A stretch of 64,000 bases of DNA from an uncultured Candidatus Binatia bacterium (GCA_965214605.1 OZ243961.1:3840001-3904000); one strand, 5' to 3'. Shown: positions 31,323 through 41,838, counted from the first letter of the stretch. Numbers and translations: made by a program. Notes: a model not told the origin generated them from the letters alone.

Positions 31323-31606
31323 GTGACTTCTCCTTTACCCTTCGAGGTATTCCAGGGTTTAACTTTTGGTTGACGCAATGGGCGGGGGCTCCCGCCCCGC
31401 CGAATATTATTAGGCGGCGGAGTGTCCGGAACTCCGCCGCGGGGCCTGGATCAGGCCGGGTCGCGCCCAGGACGCCGACGTCCTGGCAGCCCCCCACCTT
31501 AAATCATTAGGCAAAAGGCGCGCCAGCCCGAACGGGGGTTTTGGGGAGCCCTGGCCAGCCTGGGCGGGCGGTCAGGAGGTTAAGACAGATTCCATCGTAC
31601 AATGTG

Positions 31607-32425
31607 CTAGCCGAAGAATCCGTCTGATGTGCGCACCCAGTCGATGAATGGCTTCCAATCAATATCAATCACCTTCTGAAAATCGAATTTCGCGTCTTCA
31701 AGTGCTCTGCATAAACCTTTATACTTTTGACGATAAATTTCCCATGTCGTCTGATATTTCATTCGAACGGACGGCGGTAACGATGTATCGTGGCCATGGT
31801 CGAATAGACGTTTGAGGTAGAATAGATCGTATGCCAGAAGCCAGTCGCCATCGGTGCCACTGATGTATTCTGGGACGTGTGAGAAGTCAGTTCCTTTCCC
31901 TTCCCAAAAACTGGTCCTCAGAAACCTTGTCGTATCTACGAACCAGATGGCTCTTTCTTGGTCATAAAGATGCGTCTTGAAAATATTCATGTGTGGCTGG
32001 ACCGTCTTATCAACAAACAACCCAACCGCCTGGATATTCTTTTCAGCATTATAGGCAGCCACGAGGCTTTTCCCCCAAAATGCTCGGATATTCTGATAGT
32101 TTGAGTCGGGGGCAGGCCCAGTATCTTCAAATTGTCCGTATGTGAGCAATCCACGTAGGAAGGTATCTCGGCCGAGCAGCCTGAACTGAATCTCCTGTGC
32201 AAATTCACAGAGATACATTGCACAATAAGATTTGTCGCTATTGGAAACGGCTGGTACTCCGTTGAATACGAGCAACGTGTCCGAAAATTGAATGACTCTG
32301 AAATCTCCGTGGTTATGTGCGTTGGACTTGTCCAATACACGGAATAGATCAGGGAGAATTTCTGGCTTCGTATATACAAGCTCAGAAAATCCTAAGAGGT
32401 CGATATAAAGAAGAAAGCGGTCCAT
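31607..32425 (-). CDS. Hypothetical protein, class III nucleotidyl-cyclase-like fold
   Basis: YIDLLGFS, QFSDT, FLRG..YG, LVAAY.AE; low GC. Confidence 0.6.
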   Translation of the reverse strand: MDRFLLYIDLLGFSELVYTKPEILPDLFRVLDKSNAHNHGDFRVIQFSDTLLVFNGVPAVSNSDKSYCAMYLCEFAQEIQFRLLGRDTFLRGLLTYGQFEDTGPAPDSNYQNIRAFWGKSLVAAYNAEKNIQAVGLFVDKTVQPHMNIFKTHLYDQERAIWFVDTTRFLRTSFWEGKGTDFSHVPEYISGTDGDWLLAYDLFYLKRLFDHGHDTSLPPSVRMKYQTTWEIYRQKYKGLCRALEDAKFDFQKVIDIDWKPFIDWVRTSDGFFG

Positions 32426-32886
32426 TATTTATCCTCCCCCGATAAGGCAAGAGCGGGTAACGCGGATGGGCTTCTGGATAAAGGACAGTACTTCAGCCAT
32501 CAAGAGTGGTGGCTCAATTCATCCTCGCCACCGACCCTGCCCACCCCGCCGCCCTGGGCACTGCTCGGCCTGGTCGCTGGGCGCTAGTCTGTCTTTTGCG
32601 TTCCCCCCCGCCTTGGTAAAGCTGCTCGAAAATCCAGAACAATACGTCCGGCTCAAAGAGTTGCTTGCGGCTAAGAACTGAATGATTTATCTCCGGCTGC
32701 GCCGCCCACCTAGTGGCGGTTTCTTCGGACCTGGCCGCCCCACAAAGGCGGCCTTCCTCCGCATCCCGCTCCGGCCCGGTAGGGGTGGCTTGGTGTCACC
32801 TTGGACACGAAGCCGGGGGCGGCCTGCTCCTGGAGGCCTGCGCGTCCAGGAGCGCGGCGGCTACCGGCGGAAACCCCAAAATTAGG

Positions 32887-32994
32887 CGCGGCGGCAGGAC
32901 TTGAACCTGCGACCTTCTCGCCCATACAATGTCGGTTGTCACTCTACATCGTATGTCGAAAACGAGATGCTCTATCCGTCTGAGCTACGCCGCG
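32887..32994 (-). ncRNA. tRNA-like RNA with extended anticodon arm (copy 1)
   Basis: Acceptor CGCGGCG/CGCCGCG, D arm GCTC-AGACGGATA-GAGC, stem TCTCG/CGAGA, inserted 10-bp hairpin, T arm GCAGG-TTCAAGT-CCTGC; no encoded CCA. Confidence 0.8.
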
Positions 32995-33009
32995 AGGGAG
33001 CGCGGATTA

Positions 33010-33501
33010 TTATTTCACTGCCTTTAACCGAGGAATCCGAGGTTTGCCTTTACGGCTCCGTGTGGCCTCGTCCTCCTGTTTCCGCTGCTCACGTTGCTCC
33101 AGCTTTTCCGCAGCGTACCCGGAGGCTTCTTTAATGAGGCCATCGAGGTGATAAATATTCGTCCGACTCCCTCTCCCGGGTATTCGCCGTTCTTCACGCC
33201 GAATCAAGCCGTCCTGCTCCATGCTGGCAATCCGCCGCTGAATAGTTCGCGGCGTGACCCCCATCGCGTCAGCGATGGTTTTTTTTGACGGATACGGCTT
33301 TTGGTCCTTGGTCCACCAATAATCTGCGAGGTGCAGCAGGATGTTCAGGTCAAGAGCATCAAGGCCCAGTGCCTGCTGGCGTTCAACAAACACGGACGGA
33401 AACCCTATCCAGCCCGCGTCCATGAGTGGTTTGGTCCATTTCTCTTCGTTCACTTTGAGGTTTTCCCTCGGCTGTTTTGCTGCGGAATTTTGATTCTTCA
33501 T
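33010..33501 (-). CDS. Winged helix-turn-helix protein (HTH_36-like)
   Basis: YPSKKTIADAMGVTPRTIQRRIASMEQDGLIRR...NIY. Confidence 0.75.
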   Translation of the reverse strand: MKNQNSAAKQPRENLKVNEEKWTKPLMDAGWIGFPSVFVERQQALGLDALDLNILLHLADYWWTKDQKPYPSKKTIADAMGVTPRTIQRRIASMEQDGLIRREERRIPGRGSRTNIYHLDGLIKEASGYAAEKLEQREQRKQEDEATRSRKGKPRIPRLKAVK

Positions 33502-33686
33502 GGTTTTGATCTTCCACACAATTTCGGGTCGTGTAAATACTTCAGAGAGTCTACCCAGGAGACACAAAGGTCGCGGGGATATGGGTCCTGTGTGTGTAGC
33601 CTTCTCCGTCTGGCTTAGCCTTCGTCTTGTTTGCCTGTATACTATTTTGGTGGACATCCCTGACTGGGAGGAGGAAGACTAGAGAA

Positions 33687-33722
33687 TCTCCCAGGGGAGA
33701 TTTTAGAAACTCCCCTGGGAGA
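33687..33722. promoter_or_regulatory. Perfect 13-bp inverted repeat upstream of the HTH gene
   Basis: tctcccaggggag-N10-ctcccctgggaga. Confidence 0.5.
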
Positions 33723-33852
33723 CCTTACTGTCTGGGGAAGGCCGGTGATCTGATTCGTTGACTGGGCAAAGACCGTTCTCCCGCCAGTGGGCTGATTCGG
33801 GGGGGGATGCTGCCAGTTGCAAGCGGGTCACGTTTGCGGGGCGGCGGGCGGA

Positions 33853-34071
33853 TCAGCCAGGTTTGACGGGGGTTTCCGCCGGTGGGTCGAGCGGGATGCA
33901 GGAGCGCCGTAGCAGCTCGGCTAAGACTTCGCCTTGTCGCTCAAGCGCGTCCCCTTGGCGGCGCTGGGCGGCCTCCATCGCGTCCAGTTGGCGGTTGCGC
34001 TCCTGGGAGGACACCCGCAGCTGCCACAAGCCCCAGGCAATCAAGAGCAGTTGCCCGCCAACAAGGGCCAA
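33853..34071 (-). CDS. Small TM/coiled-coil peptide family member
   Basis: TM segment then ALERQGEVLAELLRRS; start uncertain. Confidence 0.6.
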   Translation of the reverse strand: MALVGGQLLLIAWGLWQLRVSSQERNRQLDAMEAAQRRQGDALERQGEVLAELLRRSCIPLDPPAETPVKPG

Positions 34072-34170
34072 GGTGCGCGGGCGGGCGGGCCGTTCGGATT
34101 GGGGATTTTTAAGGATGTCATAAGATCGCGCCGCGTCCCCCGCTCTCGCGGGGGCGCATAATAAAGGCGG

Positions 34171-35067
34171 CTATTTCTCGTCCTGGCTGTCCATGCCGAG
34201 AATATAATCGGCTGCCCGTTGGGCCTGGGAAGCGGCCTGCACAAGCAGCCGCGGGTCATCGCGCAACCTTTTCAACCAGCCGCGGATATAGCTCACGCTG
34301 GTGTCCGTCGTCCGGTTGTCAATCCCAGCCACCCCACACAGGAAGGCCGCCCCCATTTCCGCCACCAGCTCTTCTTTGCTGTAGTTGGTATCGCCGAAGC
34401 GGCCCGCGTCCACCACCCCCGGCCGATTCAACCGCCCGGCATGGCCGGTCGCATGGGTCAGCTCGTGAAAGAGGACGGAATAATACAGCTCCGGGGCCTC
34501 GAAGCTGGACGCCTCCGGCATGGTCACCTGGTCCACGCTCGGCCGGTAGAAAGCCGAGTCTCCCCCGTGCGTAATCGCCGGCCTCCCTGGCATGTCTGCA
34601 ACGATCTTTTCGCAAGCGCCAATTTTCAGGACGGGGTCAATGGCCCGCTGCTCCACCTTCGCCCGCTCCGCCCACGCCGGGGGCAGTTCGCATTGGGTAG
34701 CGTTGAACACCGTATAGGCGCGCGCCACAACCTACCCTCTCCGCGCCGCCCGTTCCTCGCCGGCGTCCTGCTGCTCGTCCTGCGCGCCCCCCTTCCGGGC
34801 CATGTATTTCCAGAACATAACGCCGGTGCCTTTCGCGCCTTTTTTGACGTACCCGCCAATCTGCCCGGCTTGCCGGTAGGTCAACCAGAACGGGGAGCCC
34901 CCTTGCCCGGCCAGCAACCACACATTCAGCCCCCGGTACGGCTTCCCGCTGATGAGAGTGCGCGGCGCGCCCTCGGCCGCGGTCCACGGGCGATGCCCCG
35001 GCACCACCCCGGCTTTGAGGGCGGAAACGATCCGGTCAGTAATTGTCGTGTACACGTCCGGGCTCAT
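34171..35067 (-). pseudogene. ardC: ArdC-like antirestriction protein (DUF1738 + zincin-like), frameshifted (copy 1)
   Basis: SGKPYRGLN, WLTYRQA..GG.VKKG.KG, FHELTHATGH..RLNR, YSKEELVAEMGAA. Confidence 0.88.
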
Positions 35068-35084
35068 TTGGGCCTCCTGCTCTC

Positions 35085-35580
35085 CTTGAAAAAACAAATG
35101 ATTTTTTCGGTTCTCACCACCTGCTCGGACCGAAAAAAATCAGAGAGTGGCCCGCAGGGCGCAGGGGTGCGTCCGCCGGCGGCCATTCAGCGAGGCGTGA
35201 CAGGTTCGCGGAGCGGGGCTGGCGCGTATTGCGGCCGGTAGGCGGCGCGCGGTCTTAGTCCTGGCAAGTGGCTGCCAGGGCCTTTTGTGGTGGCCTCTTG
35301 CCCGGTCTTTGGGGGGGGGGCGGTGTGGCCCTCTACACGGACCCCCCCGCCCAGCCGGGGACGGGGTGGCTCTGTGGGTTCGTCCCACTGAGCTGGCGGC
35401 GTGGCCAGGGCAATCCGGGGAGGTAGGGAAAGAGTGACCGCCGTGAACACTCCCTCAAGGGAGGTGTGGAGGGGAAAAGAATCGCCCAGGGCGACCTTGC
35501 TCAACGCCCCGCTCGGTTGCGCGCGGGGCCATCCGTATCCGGTTGGGCCGGGCGTGACCCCGCCCGGCGGGGGATTTGGA
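35085..35580 (-). repeat. Conserved non-coding leader upstream of ardC (copy 1)
   Basis: Long blocks shared with 43300-44000. Confidence 0.8.
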
Positions 35581-35584
35581 GGGG

Positions 35585-35855
35585 TTAGGCGGTGCGGCGG
35601 AGCAGCTCGGCCAAGACTTCGCCCCGGCGTTCGAGCGCCGCGCCGGTCGGCCGCCTCCCCCTGTTTTCTGAACGCCCCCGCCCGCTCATCAATTTCCCGG
35701 GCGCGCCGGGGGCCGGCTTCCCCCATCCGCTTCAATCCCACCAGGATCGCAAAGCGCCCCCCACCACTGACCGCAAGCTGGGCAATCTCTACCCAGCGCG
35801 GCCCCTGGAGCGCCTCGGCCGCCGCCTGCGTCACCCGTAACAATTCAGCGTCCAT
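35585..35855 (-). pseudogene. Small TM/coiled-coil peptide family member, frameshifted
   Basis: MDAELLRV..ALQGPRWVEIAQL, then shifted ALERRGEVLAELLRRTA. Confidence 0.65.
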
Positions 35856-36052
35856 CCTGGCCTGCTGCCGGACGAAATTTGCGCGCCCGGAAAGCAAAAA
35901 CAGCGGCGCCGCAGTCCAGGGCGGCGGAGCGGCGAAGCGCAGCGGAGTGGACCCTTGACGGTGGATTCTTTTTGCTCCGCTGACAAGCGCCAGGCAGGAA
36001 GGCAGAAAAAAAAGGGCGCGGGGCCTGGCCCGCCGCCTTCCCGCCCCCCGCC

Positions 36053-37023
36053 CTAGATATGAATCCGCTCGATTTCATCCAGCGAGACTTCGTTCGGCAA
36101 GCGGTTGTAGAGCTGCGTCGTGCGAGTCGATTCATGCCCGGCAATGCGCGCCGCCGTCTCCAACGTCCCGCCCGCCCGCAGATATTCGGTAATGCCCGTG
36201 CCCCGGAAGCTGTGGGCGCATATCTTCGCCGGCAACCCCGCGCGGCGCGTGCGCCGCTTAATCATCTTCAACGCGTCGGCCCGGTCCATCGGCCGGCTGG
36301 TAAGCCGGCCCCCCGCGCCCGGCCGACGGAAACAACGGGCCTTGCGGATTGGCCGCCAGGCCTGCGCGGTCTATGTAGTCATCCGTCCAGGCTTGCGCCA
36401 TGTGGTGCGCGGGAAGGACCAGATACTTGCCGCCCTTCTCGTGCAGCCGAAAAAAGGACCGCTTGCCCTGGGTGTAATAGTCCGCCACCCGCATCGCCAG
36501 CGCCGCGCTGATGCGCGCGAAGCCGTACACCATCAGACCCAGCAGCGCCCGGTCCCGCAACCCGATCAGCGGGGCGGGGTCGATACGGTCAAGCAGGCCC
36601 CGCGCTTCTTCCGCCGTCAACACGGGGGTCTTGCCCGTTTTGACGACCTGTTTCGGCCCGCGGACCGCCCCGGCCGGATTACTCCGCAGGACCTGGCCCA
36701 CGACGAGCCAGGCAAAGAGCTGGCGCAAGGCGGCCAGATTTTGCTTGACCGTGGCCGGCGCATACGCCCGCCCGAGCTGCTTGATGTAGCGGGTCACATG
36801 CAAGGGCTCGACCTGGGCCAAGCGGAGCGCCTGGGCCTCGCACCAATCCGCGAAGCGGAAGGCGGCCGTGACATACGCCATCCGAGTATTGGGATTGCGA
36901 ATGTTGGCCCCAAAACCGCCGCGCGTCCTCGCGCGTCTCGACAAAGAGCGCCGGCGCACGCCCGGCCGCAATCCGCCGCCGAATCGCCGCGGAAGGCGGC
37001 CGCTCCGCTATTGATGTGTCCAT
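36053..37023 (-). pseudogene. XerC/D-like tyrosine recombinase, frameshifted (copy 2)
   Basis: R (GFARIS), K (HEKGGK), HSFR, AGH, TQLY catalytic residues. Confidence 0.9.
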
Positions 37024-37240
37024 ATCCCCTTCCTGTGTTACATATCCCTCATAAACCCTGTTTTTATGCCCTATTTTCCAGCCCCCCCCCCCCCCCCGCC
37101 GGGGCAGCACGAATGCGCTACTGGCTGGATTTCTTCGACCATTAGCGACTTGCCGCGTAGCTAGAGAAGGCGGCCAGGGTGGGGTGGGGCAAGACGCCGC
37201 CCCGGGGCCGACCTGGACGGAGCGCGGGCGAGGGCACCCC

Positions 37241-37678
37241 CTAAGCCGCCGTATCAACGGTCAGGGAGAGCCGTGCGCCGAGCCGCCGTAACACTGCGTC
37301 GATGGTGGCGGCCTTCGTGGCATGGTCGGGGTTCAACATCCGCCGCACCTCGTTTTCCGCAATGTTCAGCTCGCGGGCGAGGCGCCGGTGCGAGATGTTG
37401 GCGAGGCGATAGGCTTCGTAGAGGGCCGCTTTCAGCGCGATCTGCAACGGCGGAATGACCAACGGCCGCCGCTTACTGGCGCGCGACGGCTCGGGTAAGG
37501 CGCGGCTCTTGCGCATCGTCGTAGTGATCAACTCCCGCAGTAAGTCCTTCGCCTCGTCCAGCGCTTCCTCGCGGGTTGCTCCATCTGTCGCCCCCCACCC
37601 GAAGTCGGGAAACGTGACGACAAACCGACCGTCTTCGTCTCGTTCGATCTCCGCAGGATAGTTGAAAGTTTCAGGCAT
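37241..37678 (-). CDS. hicB: HicB-family antitoxin with C-terminal HTH
   Basis: YPA.IERDEDG.FVVTFPDF..AT.G.T.EEA. Confidence 0.9.
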   Translation of the reverse strand: MPETFNYPAEIERDEDGRFVVTFPDFGWGATDGATREEALDEAKDLLRELITTTMRKSRALPEPSRASKRRPLVIPPLQIALKAALYEAYRLANISHRRLARELNIAENEVRRMLNPDHATKAATIDAVLRRLGARLSLTVDTAA

Positions 37679-37961
37679 GGGGCGCACCTCTCCTTAATTA
37701 AAATTAGGAAGTTGGTCAATGCACCTGAAACCTTAGTAAACTGTAATTTTGGGCGAAGCTCTCCTAGCCCCACCGGAATGGGGGGGAGAGCTCGTCCGCT
37801 TGTATGCGGCTCTGCACTCGAATGCCAGCTCGGTGCAGACCCCCTGTTCCTTGCTGGACTGCTGGATAGTCCCGTTTCCCGCCCTGTCAGGGTTGCGCTC
37901 TAGGGCGGCGGCTGTGGGAAGCCCCCTGGTAGCCGCGGTTCCTCCTCACGCTGCCAGCGTC

Positions 37962-38192
37962 TTACCGCCCAGCGCGAAGGAATTCGTTCTTGTCAATGCC
38001 GAGGTCGGCGAGCATCTTGTTGAGTAGACCCTTCCCGATTTCTTTTTTCCGATCCTTCACCGTGGTTTCCTGATCGCCTACAAATAGCGTCCCATGCGAC
38101 CCCCGCCCCTTTTTGGCTATGAATTCAGGACGGGCCAGATCCTTGTCTTTAGCCCACTGCCGTACCCGCTTTATGAATTGCGCGCCGGTCAT
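37962..38192 (-). CDS. hicA: HicA-family toxin
   Basis: GRGSH, KEIGKGLLNKMLADLGI. Confidence 0.85.
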   Translation of the reverse strand: MTGAQFIKRVRQWAKDKDLARPEFIAKKGRGSHGTLFVGDQETTVKDRKKEIGKGLLNKMLADLGIDKNEFLRAGR

Positions 38193-38536
38193 GCCGTCCG
38201 CCCCATCGTCCGATGTATTGCGCCATAGATAATGCCTCCTTCTCCTTAAAATTTAGGATAATGATCTCCAATCATGCGCACAAAAATGAGTGCACTTCAA
38301 GAGGGAGTGCCCCCCCGAGAGGCGACATCGGGCATTATCGGAAGGAATGAAGCCCCTGGCTGGAACTCGGCCCTGGCGGACATCGGGGACCTGAATCAGC
38401 CCTATCCAGTGTCGGACGCGGAATCAACATGGAAACAGCGGGCTTGAACGGCCGTGAGCGCGAAGCCGGAACGACTTGGCGACTGAAGCACAAGGAACGG
38501 CCGGCGCCGACAGCCCGCCGCAAGGTGTGGAACCTA

Positions 38537-39030
38537 ATGAGTATCAAAGTCAACTTCAGCGATTTTTGGTCCAAAGACGTCTCTCACAATCCCATTTTCC
38601 AGCTCATATCAAAACGATTCGATCTGGAAATTTCGCAACACCCCGATTACTTGTTTTCCGGGCCGTTCGGCAAAGACTACCGCGCGTACAATTGTGTGCG
38701 GATCTTCTGCACCGCAGAGAACATTCGTCCCGAATTTAGGGAATACGACTACGCCTTCAGTTTCGATTACCCCATAACCAATCGTAACTATCGACTACTC
38801 AGTTATCGATGGGGGGATAGGTACGGATACCACGCACTGAAGAAGGCGAGAGATGTAGATTCGCTGTTGGCGAACAAGAAGGGATTTTGCAACTCCATAC
38901 ACAGCAATCCGTACCCGACGGCAAGGAATCTATTCTTCGATGAACTATCCAGATATAAGCGCGTAGATAGCGCTGGCGGCTTTCGCCCAAATATCGGCTA
39001 TAGCTTGGATGAGGATGTGAGAAGCGCCCC
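38537..39030 (+). pseudogene. Alpha-1,3-fucosyltransferase (GT10) N-terminal fragment
   Basis: IKVNFSDFW, ENIRP..DYAFSFD, FCN...SN, LSRYKRVDSAG; homology stops abruptly. Confidence 0.78.
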
Positions 39031-39479
39031 CCGAGGTTCCGCGGCCCCGATTCAGATGAACCCATTGCCCAGGCCTATGTCGCCCTCGGCTGAGCGTACT
39101 TTGTGATTTTTTCGGCAACATTTCCACCGTTATAACCATGAAACAAAAACACCACACCCCCACACAGAACAGCCGCGCCTCCCAAAATACCTAAAGAAAT
39201 CAGGACATATCGGGGGATTTTAAGAGTTACCAATTTCGCCATACCCTCCCTCCTTTCCACCGATCAAAACCGGCAGTAAACCCAATCACCACCAGTGCAG
39301 CCTAGACGACCAGAATTCACCGCCGCGGGTCCGCATGAAACCGACGAGGGTGTATTTGGTCGGCTTCCCGTAATTCCCCAATAAGAATATATTGTTTCAC
39401 CCGGCTTGTTTCCGCTCCTAATTGATTCTGCCCGTCATATCGACTCTCATCCCCTCCGGAAGACTGATGCCGAGGGCCT

Positions 39480-40031
39480 CTAGGCTCGGCGGCCGCCGCT
39501 CTTCGCCCTGGGCACGACGCTACGCCACCCGGTATGGATCACACGCTCCCCGCGCCCCCCTCCACCCCCCCGCTCCTCCCGCCGCCGGAAATACTCTTGC
39601 TCTGCCCCCCAGTACGCCTCATAGTTTGGAAAATCCGTCCGTTTGGGCTTAGGGTTCGCGGGGTCAGACGGCGGGTTGAACCAGTCGCCACCCAGCTGCT
39701 CTTGGCACTGCTGAATGGCCTCATATTTCGCCTGCATCTGATCCCAAAAGACCGGCCGCTGGAGATGGGCCGCCTTTACGCCAGCCACCCCATTATGTTC
39801 CAGATAGGCCGCTATCTTGACCATGCTTTCCGGGCAAACTTTTGAGAGATCGCCCCGGTTAATGGTTTTCCACCGGGGATGATCCGGATCACGGTAATAA
39901 TGGGCGCATCCGTCTCCCCCCGGCCCAATCCCCCCGGCGCTTATCAACACCCACAGTCGGTCTTGATCGTAGGTTTCAAGCGGATTTGTGGGGCTGGTCA
40001 ACGACTCCCCACCACACCCCAAGCAGACCAT
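39480..40031 (-). CDS. Hypothetical protein (possible lipoprotein)
   Basis: 183-aa ORF with LGCGG lipobox-like start; C-terminus runs into G/C tracts. Confidence 0.4.
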   Translation of the reverse strand: MVCLGCGGESLTSPTNPLETYDQDRLWVLISAGGIGPGGDGCAHYYRDPDHPRWKTINRGDLSKVCPESMVKIAAYLEHNGVAGVKAAHLQRPVFWDQMQAKYEAIQQCQEQLGGDWFNPPSDPANPKPKRTDFPNYEAYWGAEQEYFRRREERGGGGGRGERVIHTGWRSVVPRAKSGGRRA

Positions 40032-40088
40032 CAGCCCCGCTGCGAAAATATTGTTCCATCCTCTCCCCTCCTCTCTGTCTGTTTGGGC

Positions 40089-41412
40089 CTAGTATTCAAT
40101 ATTAGCCCGGTCAATGAAAACCGGGTATGAATAGCTCTGCGTTGCCCCGTTTCGTAGCGTGACGTTGCGAATCTCGGCCTCATATAGGGTGTCATATGCC
40201 CAGGCCTTCGACCTGCCAACTCAGGAGGTTGGGCACGCCGAACCCCTCGCTGTCTGTATAGGGGTTAGTGATTACCAGACTCGCGTCGTCGGATGTGCGG
40301 ATAACGCTAATGCTCGCGTGCTCGAAGTAAGGATATTGGTTGCCCCATATATTATGCTTGTCTTCGATCACGCTGAAGCTCTACGGTGTGCCCTCCCCTA
40401 CCAGATGAAAGGGGTAGGTCTCATACGGAAAGGCGACATAATCGACCTCGACCCGAGGGCTGACAACAGGTTCATCATGGAAACTATGGACCTTTTACAC
40501 GGCATAGCCGTTTACCTGCCCATAACTCATGTAGGTTGCGAAGGGGTTGAGCAGCCAGCGGCGGTGGCCGACTGCGGCTATTAGGCTGCGGTTTCTCGCA
40601 TCATTGGCCCAGCCGATCATATCCCGCCGGGGTCTTTCTCCCTCGCCCCCCCAGAAAGGTTGCTCGATGCGCTGCCTGCTGCACCTGATTGTCATAGCGC
40701 AGGCTGTATTGCACAGGCTCCAGGCCGTGCAAGGCCCGAATCTGGTTCATGGCATCTAGGGCACGGCCCCTCGCGGCCTGTGTCAGCCTCCCCGCTCCAC
40801 AGGTGTCAAGGTCGGGCTGCGCGTCATACAAAAACCTGGCGGTCTGATAAGTACCCTCGAACAAGTCTATAGACAGTTGCCGCCAGTACGCCTAGTCATA
40901 TTCCCCCCCATCGGGCTCTCTAACATCCCCCGGATTTCAAAATGCTGGGTGCTCTCGTTCCATTCAAGCACCGTGGTTTCTCCAGGGGCCGGGAAGTTCT
41001 CAAGCAGATGCTGGCGCTCAGCGCCTTTCAAGAACTCCTCCCCGGTCGATCCCACGGTAAACGTCGCCCGGTCAAACTCCACCCCATTGTCGTAGGCCAC
41101 GTCCTCATGCTCCCCATCACCGAGCCGCGCCCAATTCCAGATGGCCACAAACCCCGCGCGGTCATGGTTACAGGCCCCCGCCTCTAGTACGTCGGGGCGT
41201 TGACTGCCGTACACCAGGGGAATCGGCTTCCCACCATTGAAGCGGACGGTGAGGGCCCCATCTGCTTCACACTTCCAGCCAGATATGACGCCAATGCCCG
41301 AATAGAGCCGCCCGTTACCGGGATTTCCCAGCAGCGCCGCCCAGCTCGGAGCGGCGGCAAGAACGCCGAGGTACAGAACGGTCCCTAGACCCACCCATCT
41401 AGTTCTCGTCAT
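40089..41412 (-). pseudogene. Secreted SGIGVISGWKC-domain protein fused to a CAP/SCP domain, multiply disrupted
   Basis: Shared N-domain, then MNQIRALHGL and VGHRRWLLNP in different frames; 3' end approximate. Confidence 0.65.
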
Positions 41413-41681
41413 CGGGGTGCCGTCCGTTCGATGAGGACCCGCAGCGCGTCCCCCTGCTGATGCAGCGCGGTCATGGTCTCTTCGTGCTGCTGCCGAGCCT
41501 CCTCGCGCCGCTGTTCGGTGCCCAGGCGCATCAGCCGAAAGCCGTAGAGCACCAAGCCACTGGAGACGGCCAACGTCAGGGCGCTCAAGACGGTCTGCCA
41601 CGTCGCCAGGGCCAGACTCCCTTGCTGGATAGCCAGACTGGCATTTTGGTAGGCGATGGTGGCCGCTTCAAACTCAGTCAT
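41409..41681 (-). CDS. Small TM/coiled-coil peptide (MTEFEAAT type)
   Basis: TM helix then QQGDALRVLIERTA; GGAGGA RBS. Confidence 0.65.
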   Translation of the reverse strand: MTEFEAATIAYQNASLAIQQGSLALATWQTVLSALTLAVSSGLVLYGFRLMRLGTEQRREEARQQHEETMTALHQQGDALRVLIERTAPR

Positions 41682-41690
41682 GGCTTCCTC

Positions 41691-41838
41691 CTACTGCCGA
41701 GCTATCGCCGCCTTCCCCCGCGCTTGAAAGAGCATATCAAGGGCCTCGGCTACCAGCTCCTGTACGGTCGTGTCCTCCTCGGCCGCCAGGGCCTTTATCT
41801 GCCGCGCTACCGCTGGATCGAAGTAGCCGCCGATACCC
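41691..41838 (-). pseudogene. Ribbon-helix-helix (ParG-like) remnant joined to a second MTEFEAAT start
   Basis: Manual translation IGGYFDPAVARQIKALAAEEDTTVQELVAEALDMLFQARGK. Confidence 0.6.

Noticed and set aside
32887-32994. Ordinary tRNA-Glu/Arg or intron-containing tRNA
   Set aside because: Anticodon loop is 42-44 nt, with no BHB or group I features and no CCA; kept as tRNA-like ncRNA instead.
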